This document shows positions 15,501 through 34,973 of a stretch of 64,000 bases of DNA, piece by piece. The stretch lies in contig JBHGNT010000006.1 in the NCBI GenBank assembly GCA_043228905.1, positions 8,122,001-8,186,000 of the forward strand, written 5' to 3'. Under the pieces are notes generated by a model. It did no database searches and was not told the origin of the DNA. It worked only from the letters and a program-made list of their open reading frames with translations. The stretch's first letter is position 1. The number at the start of each line of letters is the position of its first letter. The DNA is from Azolla caroliniana. Its lineage: Eukaryota; Plantae; Polypodiophyta. The translations under genes were made by a program, and so were the position numbers.

Positions 15501-16962
15501 CCTTCGAGGGAAATACCTTGATGACAGTTATTTCTCAAAATACTGGACGAAAGCCGAATCTGGTTTAGATGCCGATACTAGCACCCTACCCTCGAAGGCG
15601 ACCTTTCACATTACAAACGGTTTGCTCTACCGTAGTGGAAAGGTCTGTGTTCCAGATTTACCAAATGTTAAACAGAAAATTTTTCATGAATGTCATGATG
15701 CACCATCTGCTGGTCATCCTAGAATACAACGCACACTCGTTCTCATATCGTGTACTTTTTTCTGGCCTAAGATGCGCTCTGACGTGCATAAATACGTAAC
15801 TCAATGCTTACAATGTCAGATTAATAAGTCGGAACGACTTAAAGCTGCTGGTCTTTTACATCCCTTAGATATTCCCAACAATAAATGGGAAAGTATCTCG
15901 ATGGATTTTATTGTTAGTTTACCTCGTACACAAAGGGGTCATGATGCCATATGGGTTGTCGTTGACAGGCTAACAAAATTAGCTAGATTTATTCCTACAA
16001 AAACCACGGTAACCGCTCAACAGTTGGCTTATCAATTTGTTGATGAGTTATTTCGTTGTTATGGATTACCGATGGATATTGTTAGTGATCGAGATTCCAA
16101 GTTTACTAGTGACTTTTGGACTCAGGTCTTTAAGAAACTAGAAACTACGTTGAGCATGAGTTCCGCAGATCATCCTCAGTCTGATGGACAAACGGAACGA
16201 GTTAATCAAATTATTGAGGACATGCTTCGAGCTTATGTAGCAAAAACCCCTTCTAAGTGGGAGCAATACCTTCCTATCTTAGAATTTGCCTATAATAGCT
16301 CTAAACATACATCCACTGGATATAGTCCTTTTATGTTGATGTATGGTTTTCAGCCACGTGCCCCAGTTGATGTCACGATTCATCGTGATACATTAGACAG
16401 TACACGCAATTTTTTGCAAGACATGAACCAAATGTTGCATATTGCCAAAGAAAATGTCAAGACAGCTCAAGATCGTGCTCGATTTTATGCTGATCAGGAT
16501 AGACGTCCTCATGCATTTACTATTGGTCAAAAAGTTTTTTTGCGTGTCCCGACTGATTCTACGTCATTATCTACGGGCAAGTGCGCTAAGTTAGCCCCAC
16601 GATATTGTGGCCCATTTGAAATCCTTAAGCGAGTTGGGTCATCTGCTTATCACCTTGCCTTACCTCGTAACGTTGGTATTCATCCTGTTTTTCACGTCAG
16701 TCGTCTAAAACCATTTTTAGGCTCTGGTGATAACACCATCACAATCCAAGATCTTGTAACATTAGAGGATTTTTCTTACAAACCTCATGCTCCTGAACGA
16801 ATTCTTGATTCTCGTACTAAACGTTTACGTTCTAAAGAGATTCGGCTATTCAAGATCAAATGGATGGATAAACCTATTGATGATGCCACATGGGAACGCG
16901 AGCATTCGCTTAAGGCACAATTTCCTCACTTTATATTGCAAGAGTGCAATCTTTTGAAGTAG
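12551..16962 (+). pseudogene. gag-pol polyprotein (gag, zinc knuckle, protease, RT, RNaseH, integrase, chromodomain) with few inactivating lesions
   Basis: CAYCKKRGHTKDTC knuckle; FLFNSGSSHNF protease; MPFGLTNAPATF and FLDDILIYS RT; TDASD RNaseH; SDRD and QSDGQTER integrase; PERILDSR..KW..DATWE chromodomain. An 8-bp duplication causes a frameshift at 12677-12692, and there is an in-frame TGA at 14350-14352. Confidence 0.93.
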
Positions 16963-17836
16963 GGGAGTATGTTATGTACACATAACGTTGGTGAGGGTAG
17001 GTCACTAATATTTACATTAGTGAAGGGTATGTTCACTATTATTAAAAAGGGGACTAATGATTGGATAGAATGAATGATATGTGCATGCACTATCATGATT
17101 TAGACAACCAATGAATAGAGAGCCTTTTAGAAAGGCACATCTATTCAAGGGGCCTAGGAAAAGGTATAAATATGAGGCTTAGCTACCCTCATAGGGATCA
17201 CGTCGGAAGGCTGCTGTCGGAGACACCGGTGGTGCGGGCTAGGCTTTCGTCTCGACGATCGTGTTTATCTCTTCCAAGGTATTAGTCATCCTAATATCCG
17301 GCGGTATGGGACGTCGATGGTAGGTTGGCTATGTCTAGATCATAGCTCGGGGGTGGTCGGGTGGAACGGGTTCTTCTATCCAATCTATTTTCTTCCTTTT
17401 TACTTGATTTGGTCTATTGATTAGTAATAGACTCTTAACACCCTCACTCCCTTTTATAGTAGTAAGGGGTGAGGCACATTACATAAAGAAGAGGTCAACC
17501 CACCTTTCTTTAAATGGGGGAATATTTGGCCTTTATCTTAGGATGAGAGATTGATGGAGCCTTAACTCCTTCTCCTCACACACACATTATGCCCACTACT
17601 CACTACACTCGTACTTCATGCACTCTCCCATTAGTCTACATGTGCATGTGCACATAAGTGCACATCACATTTGCACTTTATGAATTTTCATAGTGCACTT
17701 TTAACACCTTACATTTACCCTTTCTTTTTTACAATTGTTTCTTTTACAAATCTTCCAAGTGCATGTGCAATGTTGCACATCCCCATGTTATCCATCCCAC
17801 TTGGTTTTCTCACCATGGCCAAAAATCCTCACAACA

Positions 17837-19091
17837 CCATCGCTACCCCTCTCAATCAAAATCTACGACTAGATGTTGATTCCGGCACAAAACAATGTGA
17901 GCTAAGTTTCTATGGTCAACTAGTCGGAAGCCTAATCTATCTCACCGTCACCCAACCCGATATCAGTTACTTGGTCAGCCTCCTTAGCCAGTTCATGCAA
18001 ACTCCGCGTGACATTCATCTTGACTGTGTTAAGCGAGTACTAAGGTATGTGAGGGGGACCATGGATTACGACATCCTTTACAGATCGGCCACACCAATTC
18101 AACTCGAAGGGTACACCGATGCTAATTGGGCAAGCTACAAAACCGACAGACGATCCACAACAGGATTCCTCTTCTCTCTCGGTAACGGAGCCATATTGTG
18201 GAGCAATAAGAAGCAGCTGACAGTTGCATTGTCGAGCACAAAAGCAGAATATTGGGGTGCTACCATGGCAGCATGCAAAGCTATTTGGCTAAAGCGAATC
18301 TTGGAGGATCTGGGTGTTCCCTTCAAGGATTTGATTCTCCTGTATTGTGACAACATGAGCAGCATCAAACCTAGCCCGAAACCCAGTTTTCCATGTTTGG
18401 ACTAAGCACATTGAGGTGCATTATCTTTCATCCGAGAACGTGTCTTGGCCGGAGATATCGACCTGCAACACATCAGCACAAATATGCAAACAGTCGACAT
18501 CCTCATGAAGGCCCTAGGAGCCGACAATCTACGACAATTCACGACAATTCTCAGTCTCTCGATCACCGACCAGTCAAGCTTGAGGGGGAGTGAGGAATCG
18601 ACCGACACGACGTCAATCGAAGACCAGACCGAGTGAGCCGGTTATCCAAATTCAAAGTTGAAGCCGACTCAAAGCTGACCCGAAGACCAATTTAAACCAA
18701 CTTTTCGGCGACCAGAAGGTGTGTTTGAAGAGGGCATATTGAGAATCAAACTCAACTTTCCTAGTGTGGGAACACACTTTAGCATTAGTGTGAACACCCC
18801 ACCTCCTAATATAATAACTAGTGTCGCATAGAACCTTAAAGTTCTATGACACATATTTAGTATAGTTAAGTCTCCACCTCTCTTTTGTAAGTGGTGGTTG
18901 TAGAAAAAGAATATAAAGAGGAGGTGACTACATAAGCACATGTCTCCTCTCCTTGTAACTGTGTGGGTTGTCTTATTCATGTTAATACAATTTTTCTTGT
19001 TTTTCTATATAACTCTGTTTTCTCTGTCTCTCTATCTCGACTACACACACATACACATTCCGCTGCACAGAATCATATTTGTTTCTTTACA
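17837..19091 (+). mobile_element. Copia RT C-terminus/RNaseH, PPT and 3' LTR (family C)
   Basis: Translates to LVGSLIYLTVTQPDI, GYTDANWA..DRRSTTG, VALSSTKAEY and LYCDNMS. PPT TTGAGGGGGAG ends at 18590. The LTR runs 18591 (TGAGG) to about 19091 (TTACA) with a TTCCGC motif. Confidence 0.88.
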
Positions 19092-22000
19092 ATTTTCTTG
19101 ATGGTGTAGTGAACACTGAAGATTTCAACTTGAGACCTCTTGCCTCAAGGTTCTAAGTCATATCATTTGCAATAAATATTGCTAGTAAAAACCATTTGAA
19201 ATTCTAAATATTCGATTTTGAATTATCTAGTTATCAAATCAATGCAAGGACAATTAGCATCCTCACATTTTATGTCACCTGATATGCAACTAGTTGGATC
19301 AAATTAGTTTGCAAGGTTATTAATTTGGTCATGATTCCCTTGATTAAGGGGAAAATATTGTTCTAATAGCTTGTATGACGATCTTTCATCGAGGTATGTA
19401 TCTTTAGTCTTTTCTACAGTTTGACCAAGGGTAGCTTTGATATGACTGTTATAAAGGATACTTATGATGTTTTTTTCTGAATTTGCCATTTTATTTCAAT
19501 TTCAATTCGACTTCCATGCAATCTTATGGAAACCAACAATAAGAAGAACACATTGTCTTGAAATATACACGCAACACAAGCATACATATTGTTTATTGTG
19601 ACTTGCATAGAGAATATTACATCTATAATGAAAACAACTCAATAATAAAAGTTACAACAAATCGATATCATCGTATTGTTCACCAGTCATGTTAATGCAA
19701 CATCGTATGGATTAAACCAAGTTTGGATGTCATCATCATATCTCAATGTACTATATTATAAGGCTTGCAAGTAAGTTTGCGCTATAAAACAAAAGAATAC
19801 ATATCGATTTGACTTGCAAATAAAAATCACTATTTAGAGTTTCAAGTTTTTCGTGACATCACTTGCTTGTGTGCTACAATTACAAGTACCGCCATAATTA
19901 ACATTGCACGTCTAATCAACCAATGCTATCATTTTCGATAGTTGGATTAATTACAATTTACAACAAGCATTTTTGTTAATTTTATCATACTTCATATTCT
20001 CATCATCATAGGGGGCAAACATTAAAATACATATAGCTTCCCCTTATCATATGAACGTAATACCCATGAGCTTTCCATAATCTATTAGAATGTCCCTACT
20101 TGTAAAATTGGCACGAACTCTACAGTTATTGGATCAAGACAATTAACATCACTATCCTAGAAATTAGTATAAAAAAATATCATGTATGATTTATTCTTTC
20201 CAAAGAAAAAAGGATACTACATTAGTATTAAGAAACGCCCTAAGGCTATACATAGAAGATGCACCTTTTGGTAATGAGACATTTTTATAAATTCTAATTG
20301 TCGGGTTAAATAAATACTTCAATGTAGAGTAGAACCACTCCACCTTATCAAAAATATGTCTATATAATAACATCAAGTATGATTTTTTGTGGGGGTTTCG
20401 TGATTGAATGATGGATCAAACAAACAAATATGATCAAGGCCTTTTTAATGACATAGAAGCCCTTTTGTGGTTGAAAAAACATGCAATTCACCATTTTTCA
20501 GTTTGGTTGTTTCACATTTTGTTCGTTAGAATGTCAATGTATGATGTCATGGTTTCCTTGGAGTTATTTTCGATTTTTCGTCACTACGTGTATGTTGTTG
20601 ATGCAACATAAACTTGATGTAGAACAACGACAAATAATGAATCAAATAGTAACGAGGATAAAAACAATAATTTTTTTGCATGGCTTATTTGTTGCACTAG
20701 TATGGTCAAGCTTTTTCTATAGAAATAGTTTGTCAAACCAATAATGGAAATACAACAAAGGATCTCATGTACACAATTGGTTATATTACTCGTGGTATCA
20801 ATGCACTTCATTTCCTTTGAATTGTTTTAGTTCTCAATGTAGCAAACAAAAGAGTATAACCAACTTCAACTTTTCATATCATCAATGCCATTTAACTACG
20901 ATGAGATTATCTCAAACATTCTTGGAGCGACCATATCAACCCATACAAATATTCTTTCTAATATTACGTGTTCTTCTATTTGTTTTTTATGGTATCGACT
21001 TATTCCTCTTGATAACATTCAATCAAATCCATTAATTACATTTCAGAAATATACGTAGGTCTTATGTGCACTTCAATCCAACCAAAACGAATATGGTTGG
21101 AATTGTCAGAAGAATAACGAAGCCCTATTATTTATCGTCCAAAGTAAAACTATATTGACCCATATTCGAGTGCATTTGTGAAACTTCCAATTGATGTATT
21201 AATTTTGTTAGAAAACATCACCTTGTGACAAATCATAGCCCGCTACAACAAAATATATCCATTGTAAGATTAATCTATGACAATGACAATAGCATGATAC
21301 AAGCCTAGTCAATGCAAAAATGCGAAGAGCAATTTTGACATGCAAGATGGGGAGAAATGGTGTTGATTGCCAAGGAGGACATTGTGATTAGTAAACATGA
21401 AATATCCTCCTCATGCACTTACAAAGGTTACTACAAATTATTGTGCGCTTAGCATTTCCTCCAACACCAAGAAGTTTTGCAATAGTAGCACCCCATTCAT
21501 TTGACACTCAATCTTTAGATAGGTTGCTCCCCTCCTTTCATGGTCTAGTCGATTAGCCTCAGACCTCGTGTAGGTTCATTGGCATTCTTTCCTAGCGTGG
21601 CAATGAGATGCAAGCAATAAAGCCCATCATTACGACATCACACATTTCTAACACTGACACTCTTTACGAATGGATCATTTGGTGGAAATCCTTTTGTCCT
21701 TTCAAAATTTTTAATTGATGTTATGATGTGAAGAACTTTGCAAAGACATCCACATAAATCCATTGCTTGGACTATAATGTTTGTCCTCCACATACATAAT
21801 CTATCCTATGATCCCAACATTAGATTCGCTATTGACCAATTTAGAATTCACAAAACCACATTAGTTCACATGTTTAAAAGAGTGTCTCATATGTACTTTT
21901 TTGTAGATGCATCATAACATTATGCTAAAGAGTATTGTCTGTCATTGTCATCTCTTCCTTATTGAAGTCGTGATATCCCGACACTTATGATGTTTTCACT

Positions 22001-25000
22001 GACGTTGATGTTATCCTTCACATGCATTTCACATGCATTTCACATCCATGCCTTCCATGTTATGATGATGTGCCTTGATCAAGTTGAATAAAAACTCAAC
22101 AATTTGTAGAATTTGACCAAGTATACAATGAATGAAATGAATAAAAACTTTTTTTTTGTGAATGTGTTATTGAGGATTTCATACGTGCATACAAATAACA
22201 CATATCGAGGATTCAACACACATGGACATGCACATGCATACATACAACACACACACACACACATACCCCTACACATGGAAATGCACATACTCAAATGGTC
22301 TCTCTTATATGGACTAATTACATTTATACCCTCAATATTTTGGCTCAAAATATCAATTGATGCCTGGTAAAAAAAAAGTAGACATGAATATCAACCATTA
22401 AGTTACCTTTTTTCATGTAATCATAATAATTTTACTATTGATTGGAGTAAATATATATTGATGATATACATTTTTACCGTAGTAAATATAATAACCTTCA
22501 AAGAAGATTCATTCGCCACAATATACATAGATGATTGATTTCTTAATATCTTAATTAATGACCGTATAAACCAGCCCATGGGCATAATGGTTAGCCATTA
22601 AAGATCGAAGAGAAGGTAGTGTATATTAAACTTCATGATATGATAACTTGGAAACAATGAAAAAGTTGTACAATTAAAAAAAAATCCTCGTGATGTACGT
22701 ATGTGTATAGAGTGAACATAAAATAGAGTCTCATGTGAGTTCATATCATAGTTGGTGTATATTGGATTGTGTGTAGAGGTGAAACAATACAAATGAAGTA
22801 CTCACATATTGATTTCTCTAATGATTGAGGTGTTTCCAAAGACCACGCTTCCTATGCTTCATGTACACTGTGGCTTTGGCTTCCCAACATTCTAATGTGT
22901 GTGAAATTTGAACTACACGTCCTCTGAGTTTCTCCAACAAGTCACTACATCATACTTATAATTGAACGATCATGACTAAGTCAATGTAATTTCAATGCAA
23001 CTTTTTAACCAACGTGCATGAGCTAGACTAAAGGTTATATTGCATGTCGTTTTATTATTGTTGCATTCCATTTTGTGGACAAATGATATTCAACACTAAC
23101 TTCATGAGAACCCACTCTAACATGTCTATGTTATCATTTCTCTATAAATATCATTTCATAAGGTTAAATGGTTGAGAAAAATAGGTATGATTCACATCCA
23201 ATGAGCATGAACCATAAATGCACAAAATCAAGCAAAATGTTGATTTTAGAGAGAGAGTACATACATACATGTATGGATTAATGGATAGATAGGGTGACAA
23301 GATAGGTGGATTTATTTCCATATATATGTGTATGGTGCATATATAATGAAAACATCTTTTTATGATGAACTTCTCCCTATTCGGGCCTATATCAATCCTA
23401 AAAGAAAACATATCATTCTTTCCTAAGATTATCATACCCTAGTATGGTATCTTGTTCGGTGGGATCACAACAATTTCAATGAAAACTTGGTTATGCACGA
23501 ATATTATCATATGTATACGTGATAAAAGAACGAAATAAAAATGAATACTTATGCCATGTTTCATCCTGTGATAATTTACGCTTCTCGTATTTCGAGTTAC
23601 AAATCCTGACAAATTTAGCCAAAAAGAGAAGAGAAAGCAAGAGTTCGTAAAAAGATTTCAACAACCAATTTCAAGTACCATGATGACCTCCTTTTAATAA
23701 ATTACCCAAACTTGTGGTGTTCTTTTCGTACCACATGAAAGAACTTTTGTTTGGATACACTTATCATTCACTCACTCCCTCACTTGGTCTCTTTATATCC
23801 CGTCCCCTCTATCAAGTTTTCGTCCTCCATCATTCTCCTTTTTAGCTAATGCTTCTTGATTTGTTCATGTATATTATAAGTGTTGTACCCCTTTAATATT
23901 TATACCTGGTTTTAAATCGCACTAGCTTCGTTGATTTATTGTATGCCATTGTAGATTGGGTCCCTCTATCTCCCTTCCAGGCTAACCCTTCCATTCCTTT
24001 GTACCTTGGGTCGAGTCACAAACTACCCTAACTAAATTTGCACGAGCCCCTATGTTGTAAAGTCTCGCAAGACTCTCGCATATTGCTATAAGTTTTGACA
24101 TATTGCATTAATCCAATCATCTCGTTCTTCAAGGATATGCTTGAAAGAATTTGCGGATTAAGACGTGAGTCACCATATTGTAGATCAATGACCCATATAC
24201 ATATATATATTATGTGAAATGTTTGTAGTCATGTAGATACCCCTGCTATTTGTTTGGATCTTAACATGTATATCAAGTTTGATTCACATACATATTTGTA
24301 GGATTTCTTGCTCACTTTAGGTATTTTTGTTTTCTACTTACAAATTATGTACCATAACTTGCATGGATGTAACTTGTGTTTCTTAGGCTATATGAATTTT
24401 CAAACATGGTCACATAACATTCCATCTATAGACATGACTTATATTTTGCTGTGTACATCATATGTAATCTACATTATAGGAAAGCTCATCAAATATCACG
24501 CAATATAGATCACCAATTGGCTTCGATGATCATTTATCACCATGTCCAATGTCCAATTACAAGCTTGACAATCATTGTAACCGCATCAAGGAACTATGTA
24601 CATCAACCATTCAAAGTTATATTGTAATCGAGCATTTGATTGACATGTATTGCACCTAAGTGGGCACTGAAATCACTCGTGGTACAAACTTAATTTCCTC
24701 TCTTTTGAGCTATTCATTTGTATTCTCATCTTCTTTCAAGATATGTACATGATATGTTATATCTCAACCCCTAGGCCATGGAAAATGAATTTATAATGAA
24801 TTTTTTAAGGATAATGTTTCTCCTTTTAGTTTAAGCTTTTACTTTGCTAGTTACTTTTTGGTTAATTTTCCTCATACTAATAGTTTGTTCTCGTTTTCAA
24901 CATCGGAGTTGTTGGAAACTAAGATTTAATTGTTTTTAAGAGAGAATTGCTTCTTGGATTATCAACACAATGGTTTCAAGGTAAACCCCGAATGTTTTTG

Positions 25001-26971
25001 AAATTGCACATAGCATTACACTCTTGATACCTGAACTTGCATCATCAAGTGCTTTAACACACACCATCGATACGATCTAACACATTACATTTTAGTGTAT
25101 AATATCTAGTTTTTCTTCTCACTTTTTTGCTATAAGATCATTGTATGCTCCAACACACTCACACTTACCTTTTGCAGATTGCCCATGATGTTTGCCATTC
25201 CTGGTCTTCATTTTTGTTATTTTGACGCATGCTTTGATGTATATGGACTAATAAAATGGGTGCATACTTCATGAGTGATGGTAGTTTCAATGATAATATG
25301 ATTTTTGTTATACTTACCTAGACCAAAATTGCATGTTTTTTCAAGTAGAGAGCTTATATTCCAAATTCAGAATTTTATAAATATATTGAATCCATATTCT
25401 TTGGATGTTATACTTATCTAGAACTAATGATAATATAAATTTTGTTATACTTAACTAGACCTAAATTGCATGGTTTGTCAAGTAGGGAACTTATATTCCA
25501 TATTCAGAATTTTATAAATATATTGAATCCATATTCTTTGGATGTTTCTATATGTTCTATTTTATAAGTGAGTCCCATGAGGTTAATGTGTTGCAAGGAA
25601 GCCTTGCAAACGATTGTTTTTTGTCGCATCGATTTTTATCTTAGTAAGGAAATAATGAGCTCAAAATAGCTTAACTTTGCCTAGGAAAACAATCACAATG
25701 TTTTTAAGTTTGTTCTTTTGTATGAAAATACATTGCTTTAAAAAATATTCTTGTTTTTTGCAGAGGCATATATAATCATGCATCATGTGATTTGTTTGAG
25801 GAGATGTATCTGTGAAAATTGATCCATGTGTCTGGTGATGCACCTGCTTCGCTTCACAAATGATCTTAAAAAACACGGCGTGAATTTGTTTATTCGCCGC
25901 GAGGGTGACAATATGCCCTGAAGTACTTTCACCATCATATTCATTTAGATACAAGACATTTATGTAACTAACATATAACCAAGAAACAATGTTTAAACAT
26001 TAAGCTACAATACACATTTTATTGCTATCAAGCGTTGAATCTAAACGTTATTTCCGTAAAACAAGATGATAATAAGTTCCATCACACTTCAAAAGTTCAA
26101 TCTATGTGTGGGTACATGACAATCAAACTCAATAATCAAGATTAACTATTTGCTTTTGTTTCAAGCTATACTTATCATCGATTTTGTGACCATAGAAGAT
26201 TCTATTTAAAATTATTTTTTTGCATGGAATTTATCGACCACCCACTGTCTCTCTCTCTCTCACCCCATGTTTACATAAACTTGTTTATGATACATTAACA
26301 TATATAGGTAAGGTAGGAACATAAGTTACTTTTTCCCTCATGTGGGGAACAACCCATATGCCCTCACACTTCTTTCCACTTAAATGTTATAAGCAAATGT
26401 TCACAAGTTCTACTTCGGACATTGAGAATTAAGACCTAACATGCCTAATTAGGCAAGTTTACGAGGGCAAAGGGGTTCTTAATGACCTTCTATGCTCCTT
26501 GGAAATTGGCTAAGTGTTTACCCTTTGGCAATCCTCACTAAACTTCTCAGGGTAGCTACCTCTCTCCAATTGCATGTGAGAAAATGACCAAGAACCTACA
26601 AATGACAACAACCCATTGCATCTCAGCATATAGGGGCAGAAACATTAAAATTGTAGTTTGAGTGATGACAACCCCCATTCATTACAACTTAAAATGTTTA
26701 AGGCCCTCCTTTGCAAGCCATTTAACTCTTGTCGGCATTTCAAATTTAAATTTGGTGAATTTATGGGTTACGACATCCCAAAAGTACAAACCACTTACTC
26801 AGTTATTTTTCAAGCTTTTTAAGCAAGATGTTACGTGCAACTCCTTGCTTTATAGTAAAATTAGAGGAATCTCTTGAGAAGTAGGAGACTTAAAAACAAT
26901 CAGTTGTTCTGAAATCCTCGAAAAAACAACCATGTGTGAAGAAGTGGCCATATTTTTATACTACGTTTGAA

Positions 26972-27995
26972 AGTGTTAAGACTCGATTGGCACCAACTGC
27001 CACTCAAGCATACATGGGTGAAATGTCCAGGAGTTGATGCACAAAACCCCACCCTCGATGATGCACAAGGGAATATCAAAGAGTTGTCAAGTGTCCGATA
27101 AGAGCCATTGCACCCACTATATAGAAATCCTCTAGTGTTAGAGATTAATCCTAAATTTTAATGTAAGCGTGAAATAAAATAAGGAGATAGAGAAAGAACA
27201 ATGTTGATTTACCTGACCACCCTCACGTGAAGGGATTGAGACAGACTAACGCCTTGATCGGTACCCCATACCACCGTTGTGGCATCGAGTTGTACCTAGT
27301 ACTGGCACGCTCGCTATAAGAGTATGTTCACCACACGATCATAGTCTTGACGTAGTCCAATGATGTGACTAATGAGGGTAGCTAGGCCTCATATTTATAG
27401 CCAGACCTAAGCCCCCCAAGCAAGTTCGCACTTGGCCCTTATGAGTTGTCTCAATTCCTAGGATTAAAAGTGATTATCCCAATCTTTACACTCTCGATTA
27501 ATCCTCACACTTTATCCTCGTGTGTAGAATACTACGGTACAACTTACCACAGAGATAAATTATGATCATGCCCATAACCTCTAGAGTGCCAATACTTGAT
27601 TGGCACCCACTTCCCTTCAATCATGTGTGTGTGAAATGTCTAAGAGTTGTCAAGTGTCTAATAACAGCCTTACACCCGTTGTATAGAAATCCTCTAGAGT
27701 GTTGAGATTTCATTGGCACCCACTTCCCTTCAACCCCATGTGGGTGAAACGTCTAGGACTTGATATGCTGCAAACCCCCACCCTCGATGATGCACAAAGC
27801 AATGTCTAAGAACCGTGAACTGTTTGATGGAGCCCTTGGTCCCATTGTATAAAAATCATCCAGACAATAGCAGGCGTGAGGAGGTGGCCACGAGGCCCCC
27901 CACCCTCGGCGATGCACAAGGGATTTGTCTAGGAACCGTCAAGTGTCTAATAGAGCCTTGGTCACATTGTATAGAAATCACCGAGACAATAGTAG
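26972..27995. repeat. Degenerate tandem repeat of about 110-170 bp units, interrupted by a solo LTR
   Basis: Recurring GATTGGCACC, GTGAAATGTC.AGGAGTTG, CCCACCCTCGATGATGCACAA, GTCAAGTGTCTAATA and TTGTATAGAAATC motifs. Confidence 0.8.
27136..27579 (-). mobile_element. Solo LTR (family B) with TSD TCTAG
   Basis: Colinear with 8315-8768. TCTAG occurs at 27131-27135 and 27580-27584. Confidence 0.9.
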
Positions 27996-28225
27996 GCGTG
28001 AGGAGGCAGTGAGCAAGTAGGCGAAGTGGTGGCCATGTGTCTCGGAACAGAGACAAATCGACAGAGAGGGAGTGAGTCTTGAATTATGATGTGTGGAGCT
28101 GCCACAGGGATGGGGGTGGTGGTGTGAAGAAGCCACATTCTCATGGACTCACGTGGAACAGAGCACTACATTGGAGGGGGAAAATGTGTAAGTAGAAGGA
28201 GGCTTGAGTTCTTGTGTATGTGACT

Positions 28226-28400
28226 GTGTGTATATGTATATGCATGTGGAACAGAGCACCACATTGTGTGTATGTGTATATGTATATGTATACAGTATAT
28301 GTATGTGTGTATGTGTATATGTATATGTATACAATATATGTATGTGTGTATGTGTATATGTATATGTATACAGTATATGTATGTGTATATGTATGTGGAT
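28226..28400. repeat. TG/TA-rich compound microsatellite with an internal 36-bp higher-order period
   Basis: TGTGTGTATGTGTATATGTATATGTATACAGTATATGTA-type units repeated three times upstream of the BSK gene. Confidence 0.9.
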
Positions 28401-28780
28401 ATGGTGAAAGCTTTTCTCTCTCTGGAAATGCAGCAGTGGTGGTGGGGTTTCTGAATTCTGATTATTGTTAGTGGGTTCTCCTTCTCTCTGTCTCAGTCTC
28501 TCTCTACATTGTCTCTCTCTAGTTCTCACTCACTCACTCACTCACTCACTCACACTCTATATCCTCCTCCTCTCTCATTCTCTCTACATGATGATGCATA
28601 GGTAAGGGGTTTTCTGGGTTTCCTCTTTTTCTGTCTCTTTCTCAGTGTACTTACTCCCCCTCTTCCCCATCCCCTCTCTCTACTCTCTCTCTACTATACT
28701 CTGTTCTGTGCCTCTGCTATGGCTCTGTGAGAAGAGAGAAAAAGATAGCTCCCCTGTTCCTCAATTTCTCACCTCTGCAG

Positions 28781-28822
<42 letters not shown>

Positions 28823-29133
28823 CTCTCCTTCAAATATTCATGGTACCTACCTACCTCCTTCTCAGCAGTTCATAGAATGGTAGGCTAAATAAACAAGAGA
28901 AAAAAAGGCAAGGAAAGCAGAGACAGCCATGGACTTATAATGTCGAAGAAATCGTTTCTTACCTCCGAGTCGCTGATCTGGCTATGTCCCTGAACACGCT
29001 TCCAATTGTATTCTCTGCACACATTTCAAAATAACATTTTGTAAGCAGAAGAAGAAAGAAGAATCAAGAAAGACAGAAATATAGGAGGAGGAGGAGGAAG
29101 ACGAAAAATAAGAAGAAGAAGAAGGAAGAAGTG

Positions 29134-34973
<5,840 letters not shown>

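Larger units (their letters stand above)
10317..17440 (+). mobile_element. Full-length Ty3/gypsy chromovirus, recent insertion
   Basis: 471-bp LTRs at 10317-10787 and 16970-17440 (TG..CA; three differences found by eye). TSD CCCTC on both sides, PBS TGGTATCAGAGC at 10789 and PPT AGGGGAGTA at 16961. Confidence 0.97.
6972..17836 (-). mobile_element. Non-autonomous gag-only LTR retroelement carrying two younger insertions
   Basis: The 5' LTR starts TGTTGTGAGG at 17836 and ends GGGTTTACA at 10156; it is split by the chromovirus. A TGG-initiated candidate PBS follows at 10153. The PPT GGTGGGGGTGGA (7127-7116) precedes a truncated 3' LTR (7115-6972) that matches about 17694-17836. No pol motifs are visible in the interior. 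Confidence 0.78.
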
